This document shows, piece after piece, positions 12,362 to 24,165 of a stretch of DNA of 57,173 bases; positions within the stretch are counted from its first letter, which is position 1, and each line of letters begins with the position of its first letter. This DNA comes from a virus (Duplodnaviria > Caudoviricetes). Made by a program: the position numbers and the translations under genes. The notes beneath the pieces are model-generated. The model was not told the DNA's origin. It saw nothing but the letters and a program-made list of their open reading frames with translations, and made no database searches. The DNA lies in IMG/VR virus record IMGVR_UViG_3300038974_000259, positions 1 to 57,173 of that record, one strand, 5' to 3'.

Positions 12362-12390
12362 ATTATACCATATTTTTTAATATATCACAA
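12362..12390 (-). promoter_or_regulatory. Sigma-A-like promoter
   Basis: TTGTGA-17-TATAAT with extended TG. Confidence 0.65.
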
Positions 12391-13582
12391 CTAATTTGTC
12401 TATCGCTCTTGTTATACCTGTATACATATATCTGCGGCGCTCATCTGCCTACCGCGGCCATCCTGATTCTTGGAAGAGTAGGACTTTACTCCATTCGCTA
12501 CCTTGAGCTTTCCATACCGTAATGGCATATCCAAAGTTTGCGTGAAGAGGAACAGCTAATTCGTATCTATTAGTTAGTATATACTCTTCTTTGCTCGTTA
12601 GCGCAGGTTGACCTGTCATAATTTCTGTATAGTCAAAAGGTAGAAAGTCAAACTTCTCTCCCTCTTCATCGCCAGAAATAGTCGCTACTAATACTGGAAC
12701 GCTTAATGGAGTTTTTCTTAACATGTATGGATACGGCCAATCTTGTCTCTCCATTTGTATAATCTTCCCAATAACTCCATTAGTTAATGGGTTTTCATAA
12801 TTAGAGGTAATTTCCCATTCGTTATGAATATTGATTATTTTATCTCCTAACTGAACTTCTGGAAGAAAACCATAAGCATTACGCATACGCTGATTAAGAG
12901 CGATTTTATTTTTATTTGTCGCACATAATACTTGGTCAGCCCATGTAAGCATTGAGTCAGAAACATCATTTTTGTTAAAAATCATAACTTGCTCATTGCG
13001 GCACGGGAATGTCAGGAGAGGTTTTCCTTCTCTAATGTGCATTGAAAGACGAATAATCTCACTTTCTTGCGCCTGCCTCATAATCTCATCAAGAAAGATA
13101 TGGGGATTATCAAGAACGTGATTGTTTGGATCTTCCTTTCCATCTGGAACTGGCGGAAGTTGTTCTGGATCTCCACAAGCAAGAATGTAAAAGTCGTATC
13201 CGCAAAGAAGGTCCCACATGCTCTTTGGAAGCATTGATACTTCATCTACTACCACTACCCTGATACCTTCCTTCAGCATTTCAGCTCTCTTCTTTGCTGT
13301 AAAAAGGTATTTACCATTTGGCATAAGTTTTGCGTGGTAGATAAGTTTATGGGCGGTAGTCGCACCATGGCATCCTTTATTTTTAAGGACGTTAGCGGCC
13401 TTGCCTGTGTACGCTACATAACGAACCTCATCTGGCTCTAGACCCATCGCCGCAATTATAAATTTAATTAAAGTTGACTTACCTGTTCCAGCATAGCCAC
13501 TTATGACAGTATATTTTTCTTTATCATACCATCTCTTGAGAGCTATCTTCAATCCTTCTTCTTGCTTTTTCGTAAGCTCCAT
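12377..13582 (-). CDS. SF1 RecD/Dda-like helicase (code 15)
   Basis: GYAGTGKS, DEVSM, GDPEQL and KAQGSE motifs; motif VI YTGITRA lies downstream of the TAG at 12449. Confidence 0.92.
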
Positions 13583-13871
13583 TGTCGTGTCTCACCACCC
13601 AATCTTGATACTCTTGGAACCAAACATTATATCTGCTTTCAAAGTACATGCATGTATCATACCCATCTAATATTTCAAAAGTATAAACGCCATAGACATT
13701 CTTAAACATTTCATCATATTTATTTTCTATTGCTTCTCTAACGCTCCAAATGCTTCTTCCATGTGTTAAATATTCACTGAAATCGTAATTATCTAAAAGC
13801 TCCACCTGTCTCTTAAAATCGATGTCAGCCTCGCTCTGTTCTTTGATGTATTCAGTCGCAAGTTCTTTCAT
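13524..13871 (-). CDS. Hypothetical protein
   Basis: 115-aa ORF with RBS downstream of a promoter. Confidence 0.7.
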   Translation of the reverse strand: MKELATEYIKEQSEADIDFKRQVELLDNYDFSEYLTHGRSIWSVREAIENKYDEMFKNVYGVYTFEILDGYDTCMYFESRYNVWFQEYQDWVVRHDNGAYEKARRRIEDSSQEMV

Positions 13872-13906
13872 TATCTATAAAAACTCCTATTTTATTATAT
13901 ATAAAT

Positions 13907-13935
13907 ATTATACCATATATTTTCATTATACGCAA
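13907..13935 (-). promoter_or_regulatory. Sigma-A-like promoter
   Basis: TTGCGT-17-TATAAT with extended TG. Confidence 0.7.
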
Positions 13936-14033
13936 GACTTTGAGAAAATAAGGTTTTCTGGTAAATGCGCCATTTTGGACTAAAATTTTGAAAAGGCACT
14001 TTTAATTCGGCGGGACGATTGTATCCAGCGTGT

Positions 14034-14095
14034 GCGGCCGGAGCTGTCATAATGCGCATGGGGGTGTGGTGTAAGGAACTTTTACCCGCGGCCGC
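14034..14095. repeat. GC-rich intergenic element bounded by GCGGCCGG and GCGGCCGC (divergent copy of the 60-nt element)
   Basis: Minus strand reads GCGGCCGCGGGTAAAA, matching the arms of the elements at 46382 and 55496. Confidence 0.45.
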
Positions 14096-14104
14096 AAATA
14101 AAAA

Positions 14105-14133
14105 TAAGGGGCTATGAAATAAATCATAGCCCC
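14105..14133 (-). terminator. Intrinsic terminator
   Basis: GGGGCTATGA/TCATAGCCCC stem followed by a U-rich tract on the minus strand. Confidence 0.8.
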
Positions 14134-14139
14134 AGTCTG

Positions 14140-14703
14140 TTATCCTTCAATAATATATACATCGTAATAACCTGTTATAGCATAACACTCTGCGTGGTTA
14201 TTACAAAGCACATCTATCCGACCTCCGGTGATTGCTCCACCTCGATCTTCAACCACTCGCTCTCCAATCCCATCTATATATAATCTTGTACCAAATGGGA
14301 ACTCTCTACTTGTGGCAATGGTTCTACCTACCGTAGCATAAGCTCCAGAAGCGGTTATACCATCTATCTTGCCACAACATTCATAACAAATGTCGTAGCC
14401 GGTAATATAATACTCACCGACATATCTCATTACTGGTTCGGGCTCAGGCTCTGGCTCGGGAGTTTTCTACTTCCCAGGCATTTTTTCATAGTCAGCCCAC
14501 CATAATTCCTATGCTCTCTTTATTATAGGGTCATCCTCTGGAAGACCTAATGACCTTGCTAAATCGGCTATTTCATGGGCAATATTCTGTTGTTCAGTCC
14601 AATTATCATGCCAGACCTTCTCGGCGGCGATGGCAGTGATATTTGAACAAAAAGCGCAAATAATTAATACCACTATAATAGTTGCTATTATTTTTTTCTT
14701 CAT
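14140..14703 (-). CDS. Secreted 3D-domain (peptidoglycan-related) protein (code 15)
   Basis: Signal peptide, PEPEPEP linker, GITASG, EDRGGAI and RIDV; joined via 2 TAG. Confidence 0.85.
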
Positions 14704-14751
14704 AAGACTTTCCTCCTAATTTTTGAGATTAGGCCGAAAGTTGTGTATGAA

Positions 14752-16527
14752 TTAGAAGTAATAGGCAGATTTACTTACAATTTCATAATCTTTTATAATA
14801 ATTTGAGGACTCGTATTACCTTGCCAAAAGTTTAGATTACAAGTGCCAACAATATTGATTATAACACAACCCATTTCAGAATACAAACTATCATATTCTT
14901 CTTGACTCGACCCAAATTTAATTAGGGATAGGTTGCCTGGAAGAACGATTTTTAGTGTCGGTTTTTTATCTGGAGACATAAGGATAATATTATCGCGGTG
15001 TAGCTAAATATTTTCTATTGCTATTTGTGGCTCGGGTAATTCTTGTCCCCAAACACTATTTAAACCGCCAATATCCATTATATCATTTCTATATTTTTCA
15101 ACTTCATTGGCAATCCAGATAAAGTCAACACGATAACAATTACTAAAATCAAAATCTTTTAACTCTTCATCAATATACTTTTTAAACTTATCTAAATTCT
15201 CGTCCAAAATAGATACGCCAAATGCGCTTGCGTGCCCTTGCGCGTACTCAACATACTCACAATTGGCTAAAAATTCGCGGAAGTTTTCCAATTTAGAATA
15301 AGTCGCATTTCTGCCTGAACCCCTCCAAGCGAATTTTATTACCTCGCCTGTTGACTCGTCAACTTCAATGTATCGGTTGAGTAGAAGCACCGGCCGCATG
15401 TACTCGCCCATAATCTAATTAGCTATTAATCCTGTCAAGTTTTCCTCTATTGGAGTATCAAGCTAAATAATTAGAACTGGATGGCTAAGCAAATCGTTCT
15501 TTTTAATAATATCCCTAATTATTTCTAGGCTTGTATCTCTTGCTTTAGTTTGTCTATTCTTGATATTTTTACAATTCCTACAAGCCTGCTCTACTCTTGT
15601 CTCAAACTATCCTTTACAGCCTCTTTTTGTTGATGGAATTACTTCATAGGCTTTAAATTCCAGCATCGACTCAAATAGAAGCATTTTTTCATCATACGTA
15701 CCAACGCGAATTGTAGCGTTAATATATGGAGCAATATAAAAGGAAATTCCAATCGGAGTGACTTCTCCTTTCAGAGAATACTCCTGCTCTTTTACAAAGC
15801 TCTGGATGAAAGGATTTTTCAGATTATGAACACCAAGTTTTATTAGTTGTTTAGTTTCAAAACTACGAATGTCCATCATATCTGAAACAACCCCAAAGAC
15901 AGCTAAATCTAAAAGGTCCTCGGCGTAATCTGTCCCTATTAAACTATCTATGAAAGCGCAGAATTTGTATACCATTCCTGCGCCGGATAAGGTCTTATTA
16001 GGATAATTACAAGTCTAATTATTAATGATACAAGCATAATCAGAAACTTTATCAGCTTCGTGATGATCTATCACAAGAACATCAATACCCTATGAAGCTA
16101 ATTGTTCATGTTCTTCAAATTGATTACTGCCAGCATCAGGAATAATGACCAATTTAGTCCCTTCTGGAATAGTGTCTATTAAAATTCCATGTTGTTTCCC
16201 GTCATGGATACGGTAGGAGATATTCTATTGCGCATGACCAGGAGCAATCTTATTTATATAGTTAATCAGTATGGCTGCTGATGTATAGCCGTCAACATCA
16301 CTGTCCACTTGAATAAATATTTTATCACCCGCAGAAAGGTGAGAAATAAGCATTTTTGCTCCTTGCTAAATATTATCAATTAGCCTGGGGTCAAGAATAT
16401 CATCCTGGTTAGTATGCAAATAGTGATTAATATCTTGAGGATAAATACCTCTATTAACAAAAACCTGCTCAATAGGTGATAAACTAGAATTAACCTATAT
16501 GGGAGGCGTTAATAACTGATATTCCAT
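14752..16527 (-). CDS. recJ: RecJ-like ssDNA exonuclease, DHH family (code 15)
   Basis: DSDVDG, PDAGS, IDHH, SGAG, GSGR and GHASAFG motifs in one 591-aa frame with many TAG. Confidence 0.9.
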
Positions 16528-16596
16528 ACCTGCATAATATATTTGAGTTTTGTTTTAAATAAATTAATCACTATTACCCTTCCTTTTATTCAAAAT

Positions 16597-16641
16597 CTAT
16601 ATAAGGAGAAAATAATATTAAGATACTCTCTCCTTATATAG
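16597..16641. repeat. 13-bp perfect inverted repeat over the primase stop codon
   Basis: CTATATAAGGAGA-N19-TCTCCTTATATAG. Confidence 0.7.
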
Positions 16642-17724
16642 CTGTAAAAATTTTCCTTTTCCATGGTCTATGGGAGAAGACTTATATCCTGTTATCTTCT
16701 TTCTATCTAAAATATAAGAAATAAGCACATAATTTTTATATTTCATCTAAATCTTTTTCAAATTGTTAAGTAGATGGCAGTATTCTTCATCCCCAACATT
16801 TTGAAATTGTCTATCAAAAGCTATCGTAATTTCTTGCGCGCCTGCGTCAATAAGGAGTTGTATCTAGTAGGCTGATAGGCTACTGCCGCAGCAAGCTACT
16901 GAAATGTCATTTTCAAATCCAAAATAAGTTTGATATAGCAAGCAGCTTTTCTCGCCCTCAAATACAACAGCTTTCTTTGCGCGAGGGATAATACAACGGC
17001 TATTATTAAAGTTATAAAGGTTTAATCCAAGAGGATGATTATAGAGTTGCCCATTGACCTTTAAAGGACGGTATTTTCCATACCTTTCAGCGTCTTCTTG
17101 AACCACTGTTCGCCCTCTTAAACCAATAAAACGACCATTTTTATCAAAATGAGGAATCGTTATCTGGTCTCCGCCTGGATAAAATCCTATTTCAGCATGG
17201 TCTAGCACTTGCTGTGAAATTCCCTCTTTAAGCCAGGGAGTAATTCTAACCTAATAGTTAAAATTTTCTAGGATTTTATCATCATACTCCTGGAGAATTA
17301 TGTGCGGGGCGGCAATTTGTATATCCTATATTCTCGCATAATTTGCTAAAAATTTCCAATCTTCAAGCCCATCTTCTTCTGGACTATCTTCTTCTCTTCC
17401 GGAAAAACCAAACTTTCTGGCTATATATCTAACTGCTTCATTTAAGTCATAGATAATATTATGCTATAGGTTCATGACTTTAATACAAAGCTAAAAGATG
17501 TCAAAAACTGGTTCTTCACACCCTGTATAACATCTAAACAGTGCTGTATTGCTATAATAATACAACTTTCGAGAAGAATCTTCGGAAAGAGCATTATGAC
17601 AAATTGTTTTTGAAATAAGTCCAGTAGGGCAATATTCAGGCTCTCCGCCCCACTCCTCCAAGAGGTCTCTTATATCGTCAAGAGAAAGATTATCCTTTAT
17701 CTCTTGCTTATCAAAGACTAACAT
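16618..17724 (-). CDS. dnaG: DNA primase (Zn-binding + TOPRIM; code 15)
   Basis: TICHN...CYTGC zinc module, GLRGR, FEGEKS and IAFD; 368 aa with multiple TAG. Confidence 0.88.
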
Positions 17725-17727
17725 TGT

Positions 17728-17952
17728 TTAGTTAATCGTGACTTTAGTACACTTTCTTAAGAGTCCAGCTTCCTCATTAATATATTTTACTAAATAGTCT
17801 CGCGGCCGCATGTTCTTATCCGTGCCTTTTCTAGACCGAAGAATCTCATCAGCGGCTGCCGCACTCATCTGATATTCTACCGCGCCGACCTTCTCATGGA
17901 GAGTGCCAACCTTTATAATATCTACTTTAAAATTTTCATTTGTTCTAAGCAT
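17728..17952 (-). CDS. Hypothetical protein
   Basis: 74-aa ORF with GAGG RBS. Confidence 0.7.
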   Translation of the reverse strand: MLRTNENFKVDIIKVGTLHEKVGAVEYQMSAAAADEILRSRKGTDKNMRPRDYLVKYINEEAGLLRKCTKVTIN

Positions 17953-17964
17953 ATCTTTTACCTC

Positions 17965-19509
17965 TTAATCATCATCTTCATCATCTGGAAAAGCGCTTGC
18001 TATGTAAATCCTTGTGTCATCTATTGGAACTAATTCATAATCCCATCCAGTGGCAAACATAGGGGTAATTCTACAAGTTCCAAGATCAGCTTTACACCAG
18101 AGATAAATACCTTTATATCTTCCTCGTCTATTTTTATAAATAGAAATCTTTAACGTTGGAACTTCGAATGTTCCGCTCTGAAGAACTTTTTCTAAACCTT
18201 TTTTATCTTCTTCTTTGGCCATCAATAGGATAGCACCAAGATCTATCTTATCAGCTATGCTTTTTGCTCCTCGAAGAAGATTTTGGTCGGGGGTTTCACT
18301 TGTCTGATAATCAGCGTTTAACTGGGTGGCAGACATAATAAAAATACCATACTGATTACAAATATCTTTTAAACGATTTGAAAGCATAAATAAAATATTA
18401 TCCTCTCTTAACTTTATGCCTCCACTACGTCGAGTAATTTCTTCAAGAATCTTCATACTCGTATGTATATAATCCATAAAACAATACTTTATATCATGGT
18501 CTCGAATATTTCTTTTGATTTTATTCTCTACATCCTACAAAGAAAAATCCGGAAGGTGTTCGACATAAAGAGGAGAATTCTTTAATAGCCGAGCGGCTTC
18601 AAGAACTCTATCTTCTTCGTCCCCTTCATATTTCCCATCAATAATATGCTCTTCATTCACGTTTGACAGGAAAGCTAACATCATAGTCTGAATTTCTGAG
18701 AGGTCTTGCTCTGTAGCAATATAAAGTGTTGGTTGCATCGGACCAGTCTTAATCCAACCAAAAATTTCATCGTACATCTTATTACAGCCTATGTAGCAGG
18801 CATCTGCTATCATTGAACGAGATTTACCTACTCCAGTAGCCGCCGACCGCAGATAAAACTTTTTTAGTCTTGCTCCTCTTGTAACTGTATTAATCAGAGG
18901 ACCATAAAGAGGAACTCCTGCTTCTGGATTATCTTTAAATCCTTGAATTAACTCAAAAATTCCTTCTCCTGCTTGAGAAGCTTCATCAATCACTTCATCA
19001 ACGTACTTTAATCTAATATCTTCAATCTTTTTATCAACTTCATCAGCTATTTGAATAAGAGTCATATTATCCAGGCGGTCTTCTTGAAGTTGTCTTTTTT
19101 TAGTATCAAGAATATCATCAGGATCATAAATGTCTGAAATATTGACGCCATAGTTGTCATATGCTCTTAATAGAGTAAATTTCTTTAATCTATTATAATA
19201 GTAGTCAAAAGTTTTGTCATTACTATTTTCGGCTACTTTAAGAAGCCATTCTTCTCCTTTTTGCTGTTTGAATATGGCTTCACTTTTGGGTCTTGAAGAT
19301 AAAAAATCTGCTATACTATTTAAAGTTATCTTTTGAACGCCGAGCTCATGTAATTTATAAATTGCTCCAAAAGCTATTCGATGAAACTGGTCCGGAAAAT
19401 CTTCATCAGTAATTGTATATTTATCTGTGAAATCCAAAAGTTGAGGATTATTGAATACATTACCAATTACTTGCATTATAGCAATAGTGTCTACAAATTT
19501 ACTTGGCAT
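17965..19509 (-). CDS. dnaB: Replicative DnaB-like helicase (code 15)
   Basis: SAATGVGKS Walker A, MDYIH, ATQLN and KNRRG; two ORFs fused via TAG 18535. Confidence 0.92.
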
Positions 19510-20026
19510 CTTCTTCCTCCTCATCCAGAAAAGTAAAAATCTTTCTCTTCTTTGGTTCTCGCCTTGGCGGCTTGATAATAATTTTCTTTACTTTTGGAAC
19601 ATAACTTTGTATATCTTTTTCAGCATTTTTCTAACTTAAAAGCCATTGATTATAAAAATATCTTTTTGCTTCGTCGTAAACCCATGGAACAATTCCTATC
19701 CCGCCATTAGATTTTTCTATAGAATTACCTTTTATCTCATAGAAATATTCTAATGTCCTTTTAATTCCTGAATAGGTATATTCGGGGTGGTCTTGCATGA
19801 ACTTTTTAATTTGTAAAGTAATCCGACCATTCATATGTTCTAAATTAAAAAGTTTAATAATATATTTTTCAAGGTCTTGCTAATCTTGATAAGTCTATTC
19901 GTCCTCTTTAGATAATTTTCCGGCGCACGCGGCGTGGGCATATCGGCGTGAACTAACAAGCACAGCCGGATATTTATCGCGGTCAAATCGCTATTTACAA
20001 ATGGAACATATTACATAATGTGCCAT
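19499..20026 (-). CDS. Zn-finger protein next to the helicase, possible loader/initiator (code 15)
   Basis: CSICKQ...HAAC; 4 TAG; 175 aa. Confidence 0.7.
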
Positions 20027-20049
20027 TAGTCCACCTCTTCTTCTGATTC

Positions 20050-20247
20050 TTATACAAACATAATTAGACTTCCATAGTCATCTGAAATAAACACTCCTAA
20101 TTCATCAAGAGCCTCTAAATCTTCTTTAGAAATAATTTCATAGTCTACATTGAAGCCTATAACATCATGCTCTGCCCAAAAAGGATACTACTTTTGTACT
20201 TCTGAAAAATACTTCTCTAAAATTTTCAATATAGTATATATTTTCAT
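20050..20247 (-). CDS. Hypothetical protein (code 15)
   Basis: 65-aa frame with one TAG, fills the intergenic gap. Confidence 0.55.
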
Positions 20248-20259
20248 TTTTTTAATATG

Positions 20260-20287
20260 CGAGCCCCGTAGTTTCCCACAGGGCTCA
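20260..20287 (-). terminator. Possible terminator hairpin
   Basis: GAGCCC...GGGCTC stem after the ATPase stop; U-tract is weak. Confidence 0.5.
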
Positions 20288-20291
20288 TTTA

Positions 20292-21290
20292 TTACTTATT
20301 AAGCTCTCGCAGGTCGTAGAGAATCAAATCGAGCTGCGGAGCATTCGCTTCTGTACAGTCAACGACTTTCTTTCCCTTGCCAAGGCGCTTATCTACGATA
20401 GCAGTAATTTTAGCTGCCATGTTCGGACTCTTCTGAACTAATGAACCAACCAGTTCCTGGAACTCTTCAATCATACCCTTAAAATCATATGATTCTTCTT
20501 CAGCATAAACCTGAGAAGCCTGACTCTTATCAGTCACTCTATCTGCTCCATGGGCAGCCTCTTTTTCAACCGCATCCGCAATAGCATTTACAAGAGCATC
20601 ATAAGAAAACTCAATGGAATCAGGGGTATAGCGGAAGCGTGAACCTGCTTCAAATCTGGGAGTTCCACGAAGGAATAACCGAGTTTGCTGCCCTTCTTCT
20701 GTGTTAACTTCACGAGCATATCCAATGATGTCGCAAGTGCGCTCACATACAAGGGCTGCTCGATTATCAAGAGTAGGAACAATCTTATTATATTCCTAAC
20801 CAGATTCATCCTTAAAAACTTTATCCTTATCATGCGAGATAATTACAAGTCCATAATTCAACTGAAGAATCTTGCGGAACTGTTCGTCATACTCCTGCAT
20901 GGCAAGGGCATAACCTTTACCGTAAGGAATATCTCCAATGGTTTCATAAGTCTTATCCGCTGTAGACTCGCGGGCGCAAATATATTTTACGCACAAATCA
21001 TAGGCAATGTCGCCTGTATCAACAATAACCGTCTGAAATTTCTCTGCGACCGCAGGTTGTTTCAGCTGATTAACTACTTTCTTAAAATCTGACCAAGAAC
21101 TAATCGGTTGCGCATATACATCAGCAAGAGCATTATAGCCCTTTTCAAATGCGCAGAGAAGAGCTCCTGGGAAATGACTGGAGATGGTTGTCTTACCAGT
21201 CTTTGGTGCTCCATAAAAGAGCATCGAATAACCTCTCAAATCACGAGAGATTTTATGAGGCTAAAGGTCTAATAGGGAAATTTCTGCCAT
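20292..21290 (-). CDS. AAA_24 / Sak4-like ATPase, putative recombinase (code 15)
   Basis: YGAPKTGKTT, IVDT, YGKGY and IISH motifs; 2 TAG; lies near the putative SSB. Confidence 0.85.
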
Positions 21291-21292
21291 AA

Positions 21293-21442
21293 TTATGTCT
21301 CCTTTGCTTTATCTACGGCATCCAGGAGCGACTGCAAGATAAATGCAGCCACTCCAATATCCGTTTTATCCAATAAATATTTGCTAAAATCATCACTTGA
21401 TATAAACTTTTCTACTTCTTCAATATCAACAGAGATTTCCAT
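21293..21442 (-). CDS. Small hypothetical protein
   Basis: 49-aa ORF MEISVDIEEVEKF filling the gap. Confidence 0.55.
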   Translation of the reverse strand: MEISVDIEEVEKFISSDDFSKYLLDKTDIGVAAFILQSLLDAVDKAKET

Positions 21443-21448
21443 TTTTTA

Positions 21449-22381
21449 TTAGAAATTAAACCCTCCGGCGGTAGGTGCTGCGGCCGCGGGAGCAGCCTTT
21501 GAAGCTTTATACTCATCTTGCCGCTGCTTAATACCAGCAAGATAAACTTCACGATTCGCCATAGCCTCGGTGAGCTCCTTAGCAGTAATAGTCTCTTCGC
21601 TATCCCACTCATAAGGCTCGGTATTACTACCAGTGATTACCCAATCACGACGAGTGCTGGTGCTCTCCTGGACATTAGCCTCGCCCCAACCAGACTCTTC
21701 AACTCTGCTATTAGTAACAGTCTGAGAAACCTGACGGCCCCAAACCTTTGTAAATACAGGGCTCTTCGGGGAAGCATCGAGCCCCTCAAAATAATCCATT
21801 CCACGAGGATTGGTAACAGAGAACTCAATCGGAAGAACAGCCTTGCGGAAGTCAAAGACGCAACCACGCACAAGAGCCTTCTCTTTAGTACCTCTCTCGT
21901 CATCAGCATCAACGTGGGTCACACTGGTGATAAGCATATCAGCAGTAAAAGTATTTCTGACTTTTTCATCAGGATTTAGAGCAGCAACAGTATGAACGAA
22001 GCCGCCCTCATTACGCTTGGCGCTAACAAGCTCTTCCTTACCATTACGGTCAGAATAGAACTCGTTTAGGCCAATAGCAGAATCAATACGAACCTTACCT
22101 GCTCCATCCTTGCCATTAGCCATCACAGTGCCAATCTTACCATCAATAACATCCTTAAGGACACTAAATGTCGCATTAGCATTGCCCTTGGAAGTAGTGG
22201 CGGTAACATAGGTAAAGTGAACAGGAACAATGTTGGTACAATCATCGTTAGTGGCAATATTCAGATTACCCATAATAAACTCTGTACCAGGATTCTTGGA
22301 GTTCTATCCAGAGGTGCGAAGCTCAAGTGTGGACTCATAAACTAATCCTTCGATATGGGTGCTGTTAATCATATTCTTCAT
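21449..22381 (-). CDS. Putative single-stranded DNA-binding protein (code 15)
   Basis: 310 aa, beta-rich, flexible tail ending GGFNF; one TAG at codon 26; near the Sak4-like gene. Confidence 0.65.
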
Positions 22382-22393
22382 TTTAAAATCTCC

Positions 22394-22744
22394 TTAATCA
22401 TTATCAATTTTTGTGTTAATACCTTTTTCAGTAATACTATAAATCACGGGGTCTTGTCCAACCTTTTCAACATAGCCGTCGCTGACCAGCTTGCGAATCG
22501 CGCCAGATACAGTGCGGGAAGCAACAAACATTCCCTCTGCTATCTCCTTCGATTTCCAGGTTCTCGTCTCGGTGTTCTGCTGTAGAAAAGCCAGAATCTT
22601 TTTTCCGTTTTCAGTAAACTGCGGTGTATCTCCGCTGTTAAAGTTACCCTTGAATTTTGCCCAATATTCAGTCAAACTTTCGGGCATTGGATTTGAATCA
22701 AAATTACTCTCAACATAGTTAATAAAATCTTGTTTTAATGACAT
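22394..22744 (-). CDS. Winged helix-turn-helix DNA-binding protein
   Basis: SKEIAEGMFVASRTVSGAIRKLVSDGYVEK. Confidence 0.8.
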   Translation of the reverse strand: MSLKQDFINYVESNFDSNPMPESLTEYWAKFKGNFNSGDTPQFTENGKKILAFLQQNTETRTWKSKEIAEGMFVASRTVSGAIRKLVSDGYVEKVGQDPVIYSITEKGINTKIDND

Positions 22745-22776
22745 AATATTTTTCCTTCTTTTTTTATTATATAAAT

Positions 22777-22805
22777 ATTATATCATATTTTTTTAAGAGA
22801 AGCAA
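22777..22805 (-). promoter_or_regulatory. Sigma-A-like promoter
   Basis: TTGCTT-17-TATAAT with extended TG. Confidence 0.7.
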
Positions 22806-23589
22806 CCATTTTTTCAATTTCAGGTTGTTCTTCTTCCATCAATTCTTTCCAATAACCATTATAGTAATATGCAACATCACTTGCGGCCGCAGCTATTTTT
22901 ATTCTATTAACATATTGCTCCAGCATTGGAAAGTCTTTTTCATAACAGTGAAAACTGTTAGCTCTATGTGTATATGTTCCTATTTCTACTCCTAATTCAT
23001 CCGCAATTTTCTTTTGAATCATAATCAAAGCAAAAGCGTTCATAAAAGTGGCTTTACAAGCATCATTGCTTCTAAATAATACCTTTAAATGAAGTTTATC
23101 GTTGCGGATAAAAAATTGTAGATGTTGGAGGCAAGCTGGATCGTCTGAATACATATCCTCACTATTATCTCTTATATCTATCACGGCCCTGCGAGAATAT
23201 GGATTACGTTTCAATTCATCAATGATAAATTGTATTTGATCCTTATAAGGCTCACCTGGAAACTTAATTTGATTATCAATAGGGTATCTTGCCATTCTAT
23301 CGTGGTAAGTATATGCCCATTTTCCTTTATCAACTTCAAAATCCAGAATACCATCAAGCATCTCTTGGCGATACTGTTCTAAACTTCTGGGGTCGCAAAA
23401 TGAGCATTTAGAAATTAATGGCTCTTGTAGGGGTTTCTCCACAACTAAAGTCATAGAACATTCTTTTTGATTAGTATTCCAATCTGGACACGGCACTATC
23501 GCCGCCTGATTTAGACAAACCAGGGCGTCGTGGTAGGCCGCAGGTAAACTATTATTCCAACAAATAAATTCAAAAAACTCGTTATCCAT
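22783..23589 (-). CDS. thyA: Thymidylate synthase
   Basis: SRRA, PACL, FRSND and HCYE motifs. Confidence 0.9.
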   Translation of the reverse strand: MDNEFFEFICWNNSLPAAYHDALVCLNQAAIVPCPDWNTNQKECSMTLVVEKPLQEPLISKCSFCDPRSLEQYRQEMLDGILDFEVDKGKWAYTYHDRMARYPIDNQIKFPGEPYKDQIQFIIDELKRNPYSRRAVIDIRDNSEDMYSDDPACLQHLQFFIRNDKLHLKVLFRSNDACKATFMNAFALIMIQKKIADELGVEIGTYTHRANSFHCYEKDFPMLEQYVNRIKIAAAASDVAYYYNGYWKELMEEEQPEIEKMVASLKKI

Positions 23590-23590
23590 T

Positions 23591-23866
23591 TTAATCCTCG
23601 TTTGTTAAAGAATAACCATCAAACCTCTTATTTAACGATTTAACATAATTCTCCAGTTCATCAATATAAACAGGTTTATCAAATTCATAATTATGAACAG
23701 AATAATCATAATAAGAAACAATATCAAATCCTGTTAATCCATAAGCGTGGGCTTTTGCTGTCATAGCTTGCGGATTTGCGCAAACCAAAATACCATTATT
23801 TTCTTTTGCAAGGGTCATTAAACGATTTGTTTTTCCATTCCCCCTGCTATCAATAATTCGTTGCAT
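23591..23866 (-). CDS. Small P-loop-like protein
   Basis: RGNGKT...YIDE; 91 aa. Confidence 0.65.
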   Translation of the reverse strand: MQRIIDSRGNGKTNRLMTLAKENNGILVCANPQAMTAKAHAYGLTGFDIVSYYDYSVHNYEFDKPVYIDELENYVKSLNKRFDGYSLTNED

Positions 23867-24152
23867 TTGTCTTCCATCCTTCAAAATAAGTTGGAGCATC
23901 ACTGTTTAGAACGCTATCCCCAGATGAAGCTATACTTGTATTGCTCGTTGTAGTTTGTTCAAGCCCGTTGTACTGCAATGTTCCAGTGTTTGTCCAAGTA
24001 TATGGACTTGTTCCAGTGTATGGGTAAGTTATAGTTGTATAATGAGAATTAGCCTTATATCCTTCCCAATAAGCCTCATTTAACATATCTTCTAACTCTT
24101 TTTTTGACAATTCAATTTTATTATTTTTATTAAGGGTAAAAACTTTTATCAT
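23850..24152 (-). CDS. Hypothetical protein
   Basis: AGGAG RBS before MIKVFTL; T/Y-rich tail. Confidence 0.65.
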   Translation of the reverse strand: MIKVFTLNKNNKIELSKKELEDMLNEAYWEGYKANSHYTTITYPYTGTSPYTWTNTGTLQYNGLEQTTTSNTSIASSGDSVLNSDAPTYFEGWKTNATNY

Positions 24153-24165
24153 AGATTTTTTCTCC

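Noticed and set aside
14435-14461. Short tandem repeat
   Set aside because: Encodes the PEPEPEP linker of the 3D-domain protein
14732-14775. Additional GGCCGAA-N27-CA promoter-like match on the plus strand
   Set aside because: The downstream box is not AT-rich like the others and it points antisense into recJ; likely chance
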